Positions 1-8,872 of a DNA stretch of 64,000 nt are shown piece after piece. The notes beneath the pieces are model-generated. The model worked only from the letters and a program-made list of their open reading frames with translations. It was not told the origin of the DNA and did not search any database. The DNA comes from a virus (lineage: Duplodnaviria; Caudoviricetes), in the IMG/VR virus record IMGVR_UViG_3300028603_000002, positions 107,909 through 171,908 of that record. One strand, given 5' to 3'. Positions within the stretch are counted from its first letter, which is position 1. The number at the start of each line of letters is the position of its first letter. The position numbers were made by a program, and so were the translations under genes.

Positions 1-329
1 TATGGAGTTTTATAATAATCAAATTTAGTAGATAATTGATCAATAACTTTCTTCATATTAGGATTCACAATTCTACCCTCAGGTATTGATATATGTCCAT
101 ATTTATGAATTATCATAGATATCATTTTCATCGCATATCCTCTACGTTGATATTCATCTTTAATGTCGATATGTAATTGATTCCACCCCTTCTTCAATCT
201 AAGATTAATATTGCCAATTTGATTTCCATCGTCAGTAAAATCAAATTGAACAAATTCACCATTTGTTGACGATTTAAATTTCAAACCCGATTCGTGAATA
301 AAACGCCTATATATTTCTATCAATTTCAT
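1..329 (-). CDS. GNAT-like acetyltransferase, partial (runs off window start)
   Basis: Manual translation from ATG at 329 (MKLIEIYRRFIHE...HIDIKDEYQRRGYAMKMI...) is open to base 1; QRRGYA matches GNAT motif A. Confidence 0.6.
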   Translation of the reverse strand, partial: MKLIEIYRRFIHESGLKFKSSTNGEFVQFDFTDDGNQIGNINLRLKKGWNQLHIDIKDEYQRRGYAMKMISMIIHKYGHISIPEGRIVNPNMKKVIDQLSTKFDYYKTP

Positions 330-490
330 AAATATTCCTTTTTACCAACAGCCATTAGTTATTTCGTAATATGAAATAAATATAAGGAAGTTATTTGTCC
401 TAATATTTCTGTCGGTATAATGTTTTATGTTAGTTTATGATTAGATTTATATCTTTCAGCTAGTTCTTTTAATGTTCTTTTGTCCATTGC

Positions 491-832
491 TTATATCATT
501 TTAGGACTGTAACTAACATATGATTTATCCATAATTACTTCCATTAACCTCAGATCCTCAATAGATAACAGTCTAAACTGTACTGGGTCTTGGGGTATTT
601 TATGAAGTAAACCATATCTCTCTTTATCATAGTTCAGACATAGTACTCTAACATCGTAACTCGGACCAACATCTAAGTAAAGAGTTCTCCCTACAAAATA
701 TGCTTGCCGCAACTCTTCTAATGATTCGTTATGTTTCCCTGCCAGAAATCTTAAACAATTTGTTATGAATCTATGAGATAAACCCATTGTTCCATACCAT
801 TCAAGTAATTTTCTTTTTTCTTGTATGTCCAT
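491..832 (-). CDS. hypothetical phage protein
   Basis: 113-aa ORF in a co-oriented cluster. Confidence 0.65.
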   Translation of the reverse strand: MDIQEKRKLLEWYGTMGLSHRFITNCLRFLAGKHNESLEELRQAYFVGRTLYLDVGPSYDVRVLCLNYDKERYGLLHKIPQDPVQFRLLSIEDLRLMEVIMDKSYVSYSPKMI

Positions 833-860
833 TATATGCAGTGTTTTATAGGTTACATAA

Positions 861-1046
861 TTAACCTGATAAGTTATAATTTATACTATTATCCTTAAAT
901 GCCTTTCGCAAATGTTTCAAGTTTCTCTCACAATGATTAGCAAACTCCGGGTCCGCGCTCCCGATGCTTGATGCATTCTCTTCTATCATACACACAAGAG
1001 CTTCAAATTGCCTGGGTGTTAGTACCAAAGTTATCTTTTTTGCCAT
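861..1046 (-). CDS. hypothetical phage protein
   Basis: 61-aa ORF with AAACACTATTA leader shared with neighbouring genes. Confidence 0.65.
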   Translation of the reverse strand: MAKKITLVLTPRQFEALVCMIEENASSIGSADPEFANHCERNLKHLRKAFKDNSINYNLSG

Positions 1047-1074
1047 TTCTTAATAGTGTTTAGAAGTTATTGAA

Positions 1075-1302
1075 TTAAGAAGGAATATCATTTCCATCAT
1101 ATTGCTTGAATTGTTTTTGTGTCCATCTTGTTGTGAAATACCCTTTTTTATAATTGAAATGTGATGATCTAACACAAGTACCACTAAACATTTCTCCGTA
1201 CTCTTTTCCTTGTGGAGTTTCATTTAGTTTTCCGGTACATCTGACTACAATCCCATCGCTCTCTACCAAATTGCCTTCCTTAAATAAATTTAATTGTTTC
1301 AT
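1075..1302 (-). CDS. hypothetical protein, paralog of 1693-1986
   Basis: Shared VxCxGK...GxxFSG...KKG pattern; promoter directly upstream. Confidence 0.7.
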   Translation of the reverse strand: MKQLNLFKEGNLVESDGIVVRCTGKLNETPQGKEYGEMFSGTCVRSSHFNYKKGYFTTRWTQKQFKQYDGNDIPS

Positions 1303-1380
1303 CTTTAATAGTGTTTAGTTATCTAATACTTCTTAATTACATAATAAAGATAAGTAAAGTTTTTCAATTATCCAAATGAT
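1297..1380. repeat. ~80-bp promoter+leader module, inverted copy of 3660-3741
   Basis: Reverse complement ACTTATCTTTATTATGTAATTAAGAAGTATTAGATAACTAAACACTATTAAAGATGAAA is nearly identical to 3681-3741. Confidence 0.85.
1347..1378 (-). promoter_or_regulatory. Bacteroidota sigmaA-type early promoter
   Basis: Minus strand TTTG-GATAATTGAAAAACTTTACT-TATCTTTA. Confidence 0.7.
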
Positions 1381-1692
1381 TACGAGAATATTTTCGAGAA
1401 AGATGAGAAAGATGCTATATAAAACAACCCATATAACTTAGTTGTAACAAGAGATAATCTTTATAATGGTATAAGGGTATAGATTCTCATAAATAATCAA
1501 GGAGAATTAAAGTATGTGGGTGATACAGCAAAGTATAGGTATGGTGAGATAGTAAAACTTTAAGTGATGGCATATTAATCAGACATATTCTAGAGCCATT
1601 GAAGTATAAGATCTTGATCAGTAGGATTTAATCTCTTTTCTGAAAGAAGTTGTTTTAATTTAATGCTCATTATTTTCATTCCTTTTATATAA

Positions 1693-1986
1693 TTACTTGA
1701 TTTCTAATTCACCCTCGAATGGGTTGAAACGATCTGTTAAGAATGAAGAAGATCTATGTCCTTTCTTAATATGGGTTCCTTCGGCTCCTACAATAACAAT
1801 ACCACTAAATACAGTTTCACCTCCCCAATTATCAATTTTACCATCACAAAGAACTACATATTGTTTAGATGTAACGTCTGATTTAAATATAACAAATTTA
1901 TCTTTGCCGAATATCTCTTTTATCACTCGGTCAAAATCTGAGGTTGATTCATCTTCTCTTAACAAATCTTTTAGTTTTGTGCTCAT
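1693..1986 (-). CDS. hypothetical protein, paralog of 1075-1302
   Basis: 97-aa ORF; promoter at about 2006-2038. Confidence 0.7.
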   Translation of the reverse strand: MSTKLKDLLREDESTSDFDRVIKEIFGKDKFVIFKSDVTSKQYVVLCDGKIDNWGGETVFSGIVIVGAEGTHIKKGHRSSSFLTDRFNPFEGELEIK

Positions 1987-2005
1987 TACAATTTTCTATT
2001 TTGCA

Positions 2006-2038
2006 ATAAATATAAGGAAGTTATTTCAATTATCCAAA
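2006..2038 (-). promoter_or_regulatory. early promoter
   Basis: Minus strand TTTGGATAATTGAAATAACTTCCTTATATTTA. Confidence 0.6.
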
Positions 2039-2261
2039 TGATAAGTAAAACAAGTTGCATTGAATAACAAAGTACTTTGAAGTACAAAGTGGATATAATC
2101 AGAGGGAAGCAAAAACAATCGTTGGAGGAATAAAATATTTTTTATACATTTATAATCAAATTAACTAAACTAAAAATAATAGTATCATGAAAAAAGACAA
2201 AGAGTAAGATAAAATAACAAATGCAAGTATAAGACCAGGAATTGAAGAATTCACAGTACAC

Positions 2262-2552
2262 ATGCTTTACAACGCATTGAAAGCAATGAAGAAAGATAAA
2301 GAGCGGGAGGAACTAAATTCAATAATTCCAGATAAAGAATTAGATGATGCATTTACAAACACCAATTTCGGAAATATTACAAAAAGAGATGTAGTAAGAT
2401 ATGCACTATTAAAAGCAGCTTGTGGATATTATAGTGGACATACAGCTCAACGTATTATAAATGAATTAGGTTTGTGTAGTAAAGATTTAAAATTAACAAA
2501 GAAAGGTAAAAAATATTTGTATGCATCATTTAGGAATGGAACGAATCATTAA
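2262..2552 (+). CDS. hypothetical protein (possible small winged-helix)
   Basis: 96-aa ORF ending ELGL...KLTKKGKKYL. Confidence 0.6.
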   Translation: MLYNALKAMKKDKEREELNSIIPDKELDDAFTNTNFGNITKRDVVRYALLKAACGYYSGHTAQRIINELGLCSKDLKLTKKGKKYLYASFRNGTNH

Positions 2553-2669
2553 AATAAAGTAGAATACTGAATATGTGATATACGTGTAGAAGAATAAAAG
2601 TATAGTAGTATAAGTAGTTATAAAGGTTAATGGAGTATACTGATATAAGATGTATAGATTAGTAGATTG

Positions 2670-3300
2670 TACCACTGAGCGAAGCGAAGTGTTGAAGTAA
2701 AGTGTATAGGAATAGTTTAAGCAAGTAGAATAAAGTTATTAGGTTTGAAGGTTTGTATACGGAACGGAAGGAACGAAGTGACTGGAGTGGAGTGTATAGA
2801 AGGAATCTATACGATTAATAAAGTTATTAGTTTTACCTATATCCTGGAGATAAGTATAATTAAAGGTCTAGTTAATATTATATACAGGGGTAAGTAAAGA
2901 TTTTAAAAGTACTTTGAAATACAAAGTGGATAATATATGAAAAATAAACTGTAAGGGTTGCTCTGAGTCTTCGCTTGATCTCCACAATTCCCAAACTATA
3001 TTAAACTTTAATCTAATACCAAATCTTAATAAAACCAAATATCCTATTGTTGGGTGTAAAAAATCCGCGGCCTACAAAAATAAGATCAAAAGATTTATAA
3101 ACTTTAATCCACTAAAACCAAATAAAACTAAAGTTTCATAGAAATAAATACTAAACAACTTCACTCCAGTCACTCCAGTCACTTCACTTCACTACACTAT
3201 GTTACGTTTCACTTAGTTCCTTTCGTTCAGTACATAAACCTAGGAATCAATTAAACATTAGTATTTGGTTATCTCCTATGTATTCATTAACTTTATTATC
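2670..3300. repeat. mirror-symmetric non-coding region with imperfect inverted repeats
   Basis: GGTTTGTATACGGAACGGAAGGAAC (2750) versus GTTCCTTTCGTTCAGTACATAAACC (3216); GAAGTGACTGGAGTG versus CACTCCAGTCACTTC. Confidence 0.7.
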
Positions 3301-3318
3301 TAATTAACTAAACATATT

Positions 3319-3483
3319 ATGGATAAATACGAGATTACAGTATGGAGATCTGATAAGGATAATGATCCTTGGGTGGAGTATGTATATGCTGATTCTAAAT
3401 CAGAAGCTTTTAAGAAAGGAAAGGAAATGTTTTATTCATTTCAGGTAGGTAGTATATATGATGTACTTGTAGTGAAAGTTTAA
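3319..3483 (+). CDS. small hypothetical protein (54 aa)
   Basis: Manual translation MDKYEITVWRSDKDNDPWVEYVYADSKSEAFKKG...; below the ORF-track cutoff. Confidence 0.5.
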   Translation: MDKYEITVWRSDKDNDPWVEYVYADSKSEAFKKGKEMFYSFQVGSIYDVLVVKV

Positions 3484-3659
3484 GTGTTCTGGAATGCCCG
3501 TGAGATTGTAACTATTCCCAGAATCTTGTTATCACTTGTTTTCCTTAGTTCTCCTGTGTTTTATTGTATATTGGATACCTTATTATACCTTTGCTGTATC
3601 TCTTATTATACGTTAGTTATACACGTTATACAACTATATGAAAAATAATTGGTTAAAAG

Positions 3660-3691
3660 TTTGGAAATCTGAAAAACTTTACTTATCTTTA
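3660..3691 (+). promoter_or_regulatory. early promoter
   Basis: TTTG-N20-TATCTTTA. Confidence 0.7.
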
Positions 3692-3735
3692 TTATGTAAT
3701 TAGGAAGTATTAGATAACTTAAAACACTATTAAAG

Positions 3736-4083
3736 ATGAAAAAGATATCATTAAAACAAGTAAAACAAATAGCCTCTGAAATTTCAAAGAGGTGGAAATT
3801 TGTTAAACACAGTTCATATTACAACTGTATTGATACTAAAACTGGACAGGAGTCAAATGTGGGAGGAGATTATAATTTTGCCAGTTATCATTTTAATAAT
3901 GCTGTTGAGGCAATGTATTTGAGTATGATTGGTGAGAACGCGTTGTATCTTGATTGGAGTACAGTGGGTGTGAAAGAATCTGAGGAACGCAAATCCTACA
4001 TTTACAAAATACGAAAAGAGATAGTTCGACTTCTTTGTGGTTTTGACTTTGCGGGTTGCGAAGTACTTAATTATCAAAAATAA
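3736..4083 (+). CDS. hypothetical phage protein
   Basis: 115-aa ORF after promoter. Confidence 0.7.
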   Translation: MKKISLKQVKQIASEISKRWKFVKHSSYYNCIDTKTGQESNVGGDYNFASYHFNNAVEAMYLSMIGENALYLDWSTVGVKESEERKSYIYKIRKEIVRLLCGFDFAGCEVLNYQK

Positions 4084-4102
4084 CTTAGTAACATTAAACA
4101 AA

Positions 4103-4318
4103 ATGGCAACAGAACAAAATATAAAAGACGGACACAGATATTTGATACAATTAAGTGTAAAGCAAGATAGCTTTTTGTTTAATATGTGGGATTACGTTGA
4201 AAGTGTAAAAACACTTAAAGAGGCAGAAAAGCTATGTGAAGGACTATATGATAAAAGCGTTCACAAACTTCAAATATGTGATTTAGTAACGAATACTATT
4301 GTTAGAACGTGGACGTAG
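4103..4318 (+). CDS. hypothetical phage protein
   Basis: Track ORF 4037-4318; likely start ATG 4103 (MATEQ) after an A-rich leader. Confidence 0.65.
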   Translation: MATEQNIKDGHRYLIQLSVKQDSFLFNMWDYVESVKTLKEAEKLCEGLYDKSVHKLQICDLVTNTIVRTWT

Positions 4319-4379
4319 CCTTGCAGCTAACATCCATATAAACTGTACATAAAATAGCAGAAATTAAAACAATAACATT

Positions 4380-4913
4380 ATGATAAACAATATAGTCATT
4401 AAAAATGAAACCCGTGAAATGGGGAGGAAAATAATTAAATACTTCAATGATCGAGGTATTGATACACGTATACTTAATGGCACAGCTTGCGCGGAAGAAA
4501 TGCATAACAATATATACTATGGAGTTATTGATGGTTATTTTGATAACTACACCTTAAAATATGTAGAAAGAGCAGGGGCTAAAATAATAACGCTACCTGA
4601 ATACCCAAAAGTAATGAGGGTAGCGCATGATAAATATTCTACCAGAACCCAACGTGTGGTCATAGGTACAGCAGATGCTGGCACCCATATCCAATATGTT
4701 GCATATAGAGATGCAAAAACATTAGATGATATACCATATCCCACTGAATTCAGGCTGTGGGACTATGCGGAAGATATTACAGAAACAGAACCTATCCTAA
4801 TAGGAAATAGAGAAGTAGAAGTAACTGAAGATGGAATAAAGGTAGGTTGTACACAGGTAGACAATGAAACAATAAAAAAGATATATAACTTAAAATTTAA
4901 AGATAATGAGTAG
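4380..4913 (+). CDS. hypothetical protein, N-terminal domain paralogous to 7100-7648
   Basis: Shared RGxDT...YYGVIDGxFDNYTL..VE.A.A.II.LP. Confidence 0.75.
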   Translation: MINNIVIKNETREMGRKIIKYFNDRGIDTRILNGTACAEEMHNNIYYGVIDGYFDNYTLKYVERAGAKIITLPEYPKVMRVAHDKYSTRTQRVVIGTADAGTHIQYVAYRDAKTLDDIPYPTEFRLWDYAEDITETEPILIGNREVEVTEDGIKVGCTQVDNETIKKIYNLKFKDNE

Positions 4914-5154
4914 ACAAACATTCGACACTAGAGTACCTGATATGGTACAAGCAGTACTAAAGAACAATGGTGCAACCTATATAAGGAGATACACCGAACC
5001 AAGAATCAAAGGATATAGAACTAAATGGTGGGGAATAAATAACATCTCCCTTAATGTAGAAGAAAGGATTAAGATGTTACCTGGTATAAAGAGAGTAGTA
5101 AATATACCTGGCAAAGTTCGGTCGCCACAATCATTTGCAGTGTTTTGGGAATAA
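4906..5154 (+). CDS. hypothetical phage protein
   Basis: 82-aa ORF overlapping the previous stop. Confidence 0.65.
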   Translation: MSRQTFDTRVPDMVQAVLKNNGATYIRRYTEPRIKGYRTKWWGINNISLNVEERIKMLPGIKRVVNIPGKVRSPQSFAVFWE

Positions 5155-5201
5155 TTAAACATCCTGTATAACCAATCTGAGATTTCATTTTTATAGTGTT
5201 A

Positions 5202-5240
5202 GCCCTTCATGGTAGAGATATCATGGAGGGTTTTTCTTTT
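5202..5240 (+). terminator. intrinsic terminator
   Basis: GCCCTTCATGGTA-gaga-TATCATGGAGGGT followed by a T-tract. Confidence 0.75.
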
Positions 5241-5263
5241 ATACTAGGATAGGTTATTGTTAA

Positions 5264-5398
5264 GGGGGGGTAATTGTATAAGTATAGGGGGGTATTAAAG
5301 GGGTGGGGTAAATAGGGGTTAAAAAGGGGGGTAGGGGGGTATAGATATTACGTTAAGAGGTGGGGGGTTCTACCTGTTAAAAGCCGGCCCATATGGGG
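5264..5398 (+). other. G-run tract (potential G-quadruplex; possible packaging or terminus signal)
   Basis: Nine runs of 4-7 G in 135 bp of an AT-rich genome. Confidence 0.6.
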
Positions 5399-5469
5399 TC
5401 TTAACGTGAGTATAATTTTTACTATTTCAAAACAACATTTTATTTTTTATAATATGATAATGATTTGTT

Positions 5470-5690
5470 GCTTTACTCCTACTATTCCAGTTACAATCCA
5501 CTTCGCCTCCACTTCGCCTCCGTTACACTCCGGCTCAGTATACATATCTTCAAATCTATTCCACTTTACTCCTATTATCCCAGTTACACTCCGGCTCAAT
5601 ATACATATCTTCAAATCTATTCCACTTCACTCCAGTCACTTTACTCCTATTATCCCAGTTACACTCCGGCTCAGTATACAAACCTTTGTT
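5470..5690. repeat. three imperfect tandem copies of a ~75-90-bp unit
   Basis: CTTTACTCCTA(C/T)TAT(T/C)CCAGTTACA...CTCCGGCTCA(G/A)TATACA at about 5471, 5563 and 5639. Confidence 0.8.
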
Positions 5691-5722
5691 ATACCCGTAG
5701 TACACAAATAAACAATGAAATA

Positions 5723-5755
5723 CTTGTATATCTCAGAAAAATTCATTATCTTTAT
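5723..5755 (+). promoter_or_regulatory. early promoter (near-identical to 17450-17481)
   Basis: TTGTATATCTCAGAAAAATTCATTATCTTTATTATG. Confidence 0.65.
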
Positions 5756-5778
5756 TATGTAAATAAAAAGTAGAAGTT

Positions 5779-6045
5779 ATGACAACTAATTGTACAACTT
5801 GTAGTAATTGCGGGCAGGTTATTGAAAATGTCATTATCATAAAAGGGAAACCTTATGGTAATACATGCGGTGCCAGACTATTAGGATTCAAAGAATTTCC
5901 TACTTGGTTTAAAGGTGGTGATTGGGATATGGCACATAAAGCGCATATCAAGTCACAGGAAGAGCAAAGTCAGTATTTTGAACGTAGACGAGAGATTACC
6001 CGCAAGCATTCTTTTCTGCTCTTGCAAGGTATGAACGATCGTTAA
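5779..6045 (+). CDS. Zn-ribbon protein, probably truncated by the island
   Basis: CSNCG...YGNTCG; the 3' end overlaps a convergent ORF where GC rises. Confidence 0.55.
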   Translation: MTTNCTTCSNCGQVIENVIIIKGKPYGNTCGARLLGFKEFPTWFKGGDWDMAHKAHIKSQEEQSQYFERRREITRKHSFLLLQGMNDR

Positions 6046-6526
6046 AAACTCTACAACCATAAATACCTTCAGTCGTCAACCTCTTAATCTCTTTCCAGGA
6101 CTTCACCCGCACTTTATCGCCGAGTTTAAAATCTGTAGACTGTTCACCTGCTTGTTTACCGTTACAGGACGTATCTGCCGGTGTTGCAAGTAATTGGTCA
6201 AGCTTGGCCTCGATGCGGTTTAGCAAATCCATCAACTCGTCATCTTGCACGGATACGAGGACTTTGGCATCTTGCGGTGCTTCCGCTGGCTCGGGGTATT
6301 TTTCAAAGAATAGAGTGTAATTACCGTCATTAAGGACCGATTTCCAAAATGAATAGTCCTCCGGGGTTTCAAACCAGTCAAATCCGCCATTTATTCTGCC
6401 AGTGGTCCGCCTCTTCTCAAACACGCTCACATCTCTTGGATTACCCTGCGTCACCTGATGCTCTAACATCTTATGAACAATTGGGTCTGCAATGTTTTTA
6501 AGGTCGCCTTTGTATGAACATTTCAT
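5996..6526 (-). CDS. hypothetical phage protein
   Basis: 176 aa; GGFDWFETPEDYSFW and FKLGDKVRVK motifs typical of phage accessory proteins. Confidence 0.7.
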   Translation of the reverse strand: MKCSYKGDLKNIADPIVHKMLEHQVTQGNPRDVSVFEKRRTTGRINGGFDWFETPEDYSFWKSVLNDGNYTLFFEKYPEPAEAPQDAKVLVSVQDDELMDLLNRIEAKLDQLLATPADTSCNGKQAGEQSTDFKLGDKVRVKSWKEIKRLTTEGIYGCRVFNDRSYLARAEKNACG

Positions 6527-6555
6527 TTTGCTTGATTTTTATGTGTGAATTAATG

Positions 6556-7089
6556 TTATTCTTCCTCCTCCCACTCAATCAACGGACAGTGGTCGTCTTT
6601 TAATTTCTTCAGGCCATGTCCTACTGCTTTAAAGCTCTGACCTGCTTTAGATTCGCGGTTCCTCAACTTTTCAGGTAGTGCTTCGAAAAAGAGGTAGCTT
6701 AATAAAACCGTAGCTAATGCCGCTACGGGAACGAGAGCAAATACCAGAGCTGCGGCCCATACTACTTGGGATGCTGTGTTTATATATCCCTGATCTAACT
6801 GAATCAATGCAGGCATAATGGAGATTATCAAATGAGTCAGGCCGATGCCCCATAATGCCTTAGTGCAATACATACTATGCCATGTAGGTTTAGTAGTATC
6901 TTTATCAAAATAAGACAATATATATGCTATAGAATAGTATAACACCCCCGGTATTGCAGTCACTAAGAGAAGTATAATCCCCACTAGCCCTTTCCATGTA
7001 AGGCTACACCAGTTAGTAGGATAAGAGTATGGATTACCTTCAGTAAACTGCCAGGCTTTTACGAATAGGTTGTTTTTACTCAGTTTCAT
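6556..7089 (-). CDS. membrane protein
   Basis: 177 aa with three hydrophobic stretches. Confidence 0.7.
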   Translation of the reverse strand: MKLSKNNLFVKAWQFTEGNPYSYPTNWCSLTWKGLVGIILLLVTAIPGVLYYSIAYILSYFDKDTTKPTWHSMYCTKALWGIGLTHLIISIMPALIQLDQGYINTASQVVWAAALVFALVPVAALATVLLSYLFFEALPEKLRNRESKAGQSFKAVGHGLKKLKDDHCPLIEWEEEE

Positions 7090-7099
7090 AGCGGGGTAT

Positions 7100-7648
7100 T
7101 TAGCTTTTGATTATTACCTGGTCAACGCCCAATTTCTCGGCTATTTCCTCCATTGTAAGCTCCATTATAATTTTGGGCGGAGTGTATTTGTACTCGTCGG
7201 TGTAGAATAGATCGTCAATGCTACCTTTGATGTACTTATCTGCCTTCTCGGGCGCCAAAACTGAATCCCGCGAGATTATTCCGTCCTTTTTGGCAAATAA
7301 ATATAGAAGGTGCTTGTTTTCGCTGACTGAGTCGCGACCATATAACCAACGATACCCCAACTGAATAAGCCTCACCTGAATAGCTCTTGAAAGTTCAGCG
7401 GTAGGCACATTAAACACATAGCCGCCGATTGAAGGTAATTCAATTATTTCAGCGTTGGCTTTCTCTACTTGACGCAATGTGTAATTATCGAATTCCCCGT
7501 CAATAACTCCGTAATACCTGTAGGAATCACCATCAGATTTACAAGAGGTTCCTACAAGGTGGCGTGTATCAAATCCCCGACTTTTCCAATACTCAATGAC
7601 CTTTGCCCCGTGGTCGGGCGTTAGTGCTTCAATTACTTGGTTTTTCAT
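7100..7648 (-). CDS. hypothetical protein, paralog of 4380-4913
   Basis: Shared N-domain; C-terminal ELTMEEIAEKLG motif. Confidence 0.75.
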   Translation of the reverse strand: MKNQVIEALTPDHGAKVIEYWKSRGFDTRHLVGTSCKSDGDSYRYYGVIDGEFDNYTLRQVEKANAEIIELPSIGGYVFNVPTAELSRAIQVRLIQLGYRWLYGRDSVSENKHLLYLFAKKDGIISRDSVLAPEKADKYIKGSIDDLFYTDEYKYTPPKIIMELTMEEIAEKLGVDQVIIKS

Positions 7649-8160
7649 TTTACAAAAGTTTTTGTTCGTTCTAAAATCTCATCCCCCAACATCCTGCGAA
7701 CAATATCGGCAGTTTGGCGTTGGTTGGCCGCTTTGTCTGAGGCAGTACGGTCAGCAGCAGCAGCAGCAGCAGAAGAATTACCACAAACAGCACAATAAGC
7801 AGCATCAGCAGCAGCAGAACGATAACCAACAGTAACAGCAGCAGCAGCAGCAGCACGATAAGCAGCCTGCAACTCTTCCTCCGTAAGCAATCCCTCTCCG
7901 TAGGCAATAGCCGCATCAACACCCTTTATGCTGCGCGCATCTTTCATCAAATGCCTGACCGTGTTCGCACAGTGTCCTGCGCAGCCGACTAATTTACGGC
8001 GATAAACGCCCGCTTTCTTCGCCCACCATAGCAGCCAATCGCCACGATGGCAGTCGGCTAAGGTTTGGGTAGGGGTGCGGTCGCCAAGCCAGTCAATGGC
8101 ATCTTCGCAGGCAGGACCTAAATGGCCTTCGTCTGATAGTAGAAATTCTCTGAATGTCAT
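7645..8160 (-). CDS. Imm5-like / Ala-rich helical phage protein
   Basis: ACEDAIDW...CHRGDWLLW...AAAAA...QTADIVR; GCA repeats encode poly-Ala. Confidence 0.65.
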   Translation of the reverse strand: MTFREFLLSDEGHLGPACEDAIDWLGDRTPTQTLADCHRGDWLLWWAKKAGVYRRKLVGCAGHCANTVRHLMKDARSIKGVDAAIAYGEGLLTEEELQAAYRAAAAAAVTVGYRSAAADAAYCAVCGNSSAAAAAADRTASDKAANQRQTADIVRRMLGDEILERTKTFVK

Positions 8161-8244
8161 AATATAGATTTAATTACAATGTAATTTAGCAAGAAATTCC
8201 ATTTATCACAAATTGTGGGTGCGCAATTTACTATTTAAAATGAT

Positions 8245-8282
8245 AAAAAAGAAGGTACACTACCTTTATAGTTCACCTTCTT
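8245..8282 (-). terminator. possible intrinsic terminator
   Basis: AAGAAGGT...ACCTTCTT imperfect hairpin preceded by an A-run on the plus strand. Confidence 0.4.
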
Positions 8283-8305
8283 GAAAACACGACCCGACAA
8301 AACTT

Positions 8306-8581
8306 TTACAGTCGGAATTGGCCGATGAGTTCATCAGCATGGTGACACTCAGCATGACAGTCGCAATTTCCAACACAGCTGTTTCTTGCGGATAGCCAGA
8401 GATGATTAATCAATGGCAATTGGGAAGATTTCGACAACCCTGATAACAAGTCATTCATGCTAATTACTAACCATGATTTACTATCATGAGTTTGTACATG
8501 AATTTCTTCCACTATGTCGTCATCTAACACAAACTTAATCCTGTTACCATTATCTTTACATTCATAAATTACTTGTTCCAT
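8306..8581 (-). CDS. hypothetical protein
   Basis: 91-aa ORF. Confidence 0.55.
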   Translation of the reverse strand: MEQVIYECKDNGNRIKFVLDDDIVEEIHVQTHDSKSWLVISMNDLLSGLSKSSQLPLINHLWLSARNSCVGNCDCHAECHHADELIGQFRL

Positions 8582-8610
8582 TTCTTTTTGTTACCTTAAA
8601 TTTCAAAATT

Positions 8611-8700
8611 GCCAGTAGGGTGAGGGTCGAACTCACAATATAGCTTCTGAATAAAGTGGGTTGCCAATTATTATCCTTTTCCCTAACGCTCCTAGACCAG
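8611..8700 (-). tRNA. tRNA-like remnant (T-arm only)
   Basis: Minus strand GTGAG-TTCGACC-CTCAC is a perfect T-arm; no convincing full cloverleaf. Confidence 0.25.
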
Positions 8701-8767
8701 TCTTATACTTTGTTACTTGATGCTGGTTTTAATTAAGCCTTTCTAATTAGAACCTTTTGATTATACT

Positions 8768-8800
8768 ATAAATATAAGAAAGATCTTTCAAAGTACCAAA
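8768..8800 (-). promoter_or_regulatory. early promoter
   Basis: Minus strand TTTGGTACTTTGAAAGATCTTTCTTATATTTA. Confidence 0.6.
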
Positions 8801-8842
8801 TTATTTTGAATAAACTTACGTAATCAGTTTGATGGTACAGCA

Positions 8843-8872
8843 CTGGAGCTCCTAAGTGGAGCTCCAGATTTT
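8843..8872. terminator. perfect 10-bp hairpin at the left end of the cassette array
   Basis: CTGGAGCTCC-taagt-GGAGCTCCAG. Confidence 0.55.

Noticed and set aside
5406-5773. ORFs 5406-5711 and 5465-5773
   Set aside because: They are translations of the tandem repeat with non-ATG starts and overlap a promoter.
7596-7922. Poly-Q and poly-L ORFs
   Set aside because: They are alternative frames of the GCA repeats encoding poly-Ala in 7645-8160.
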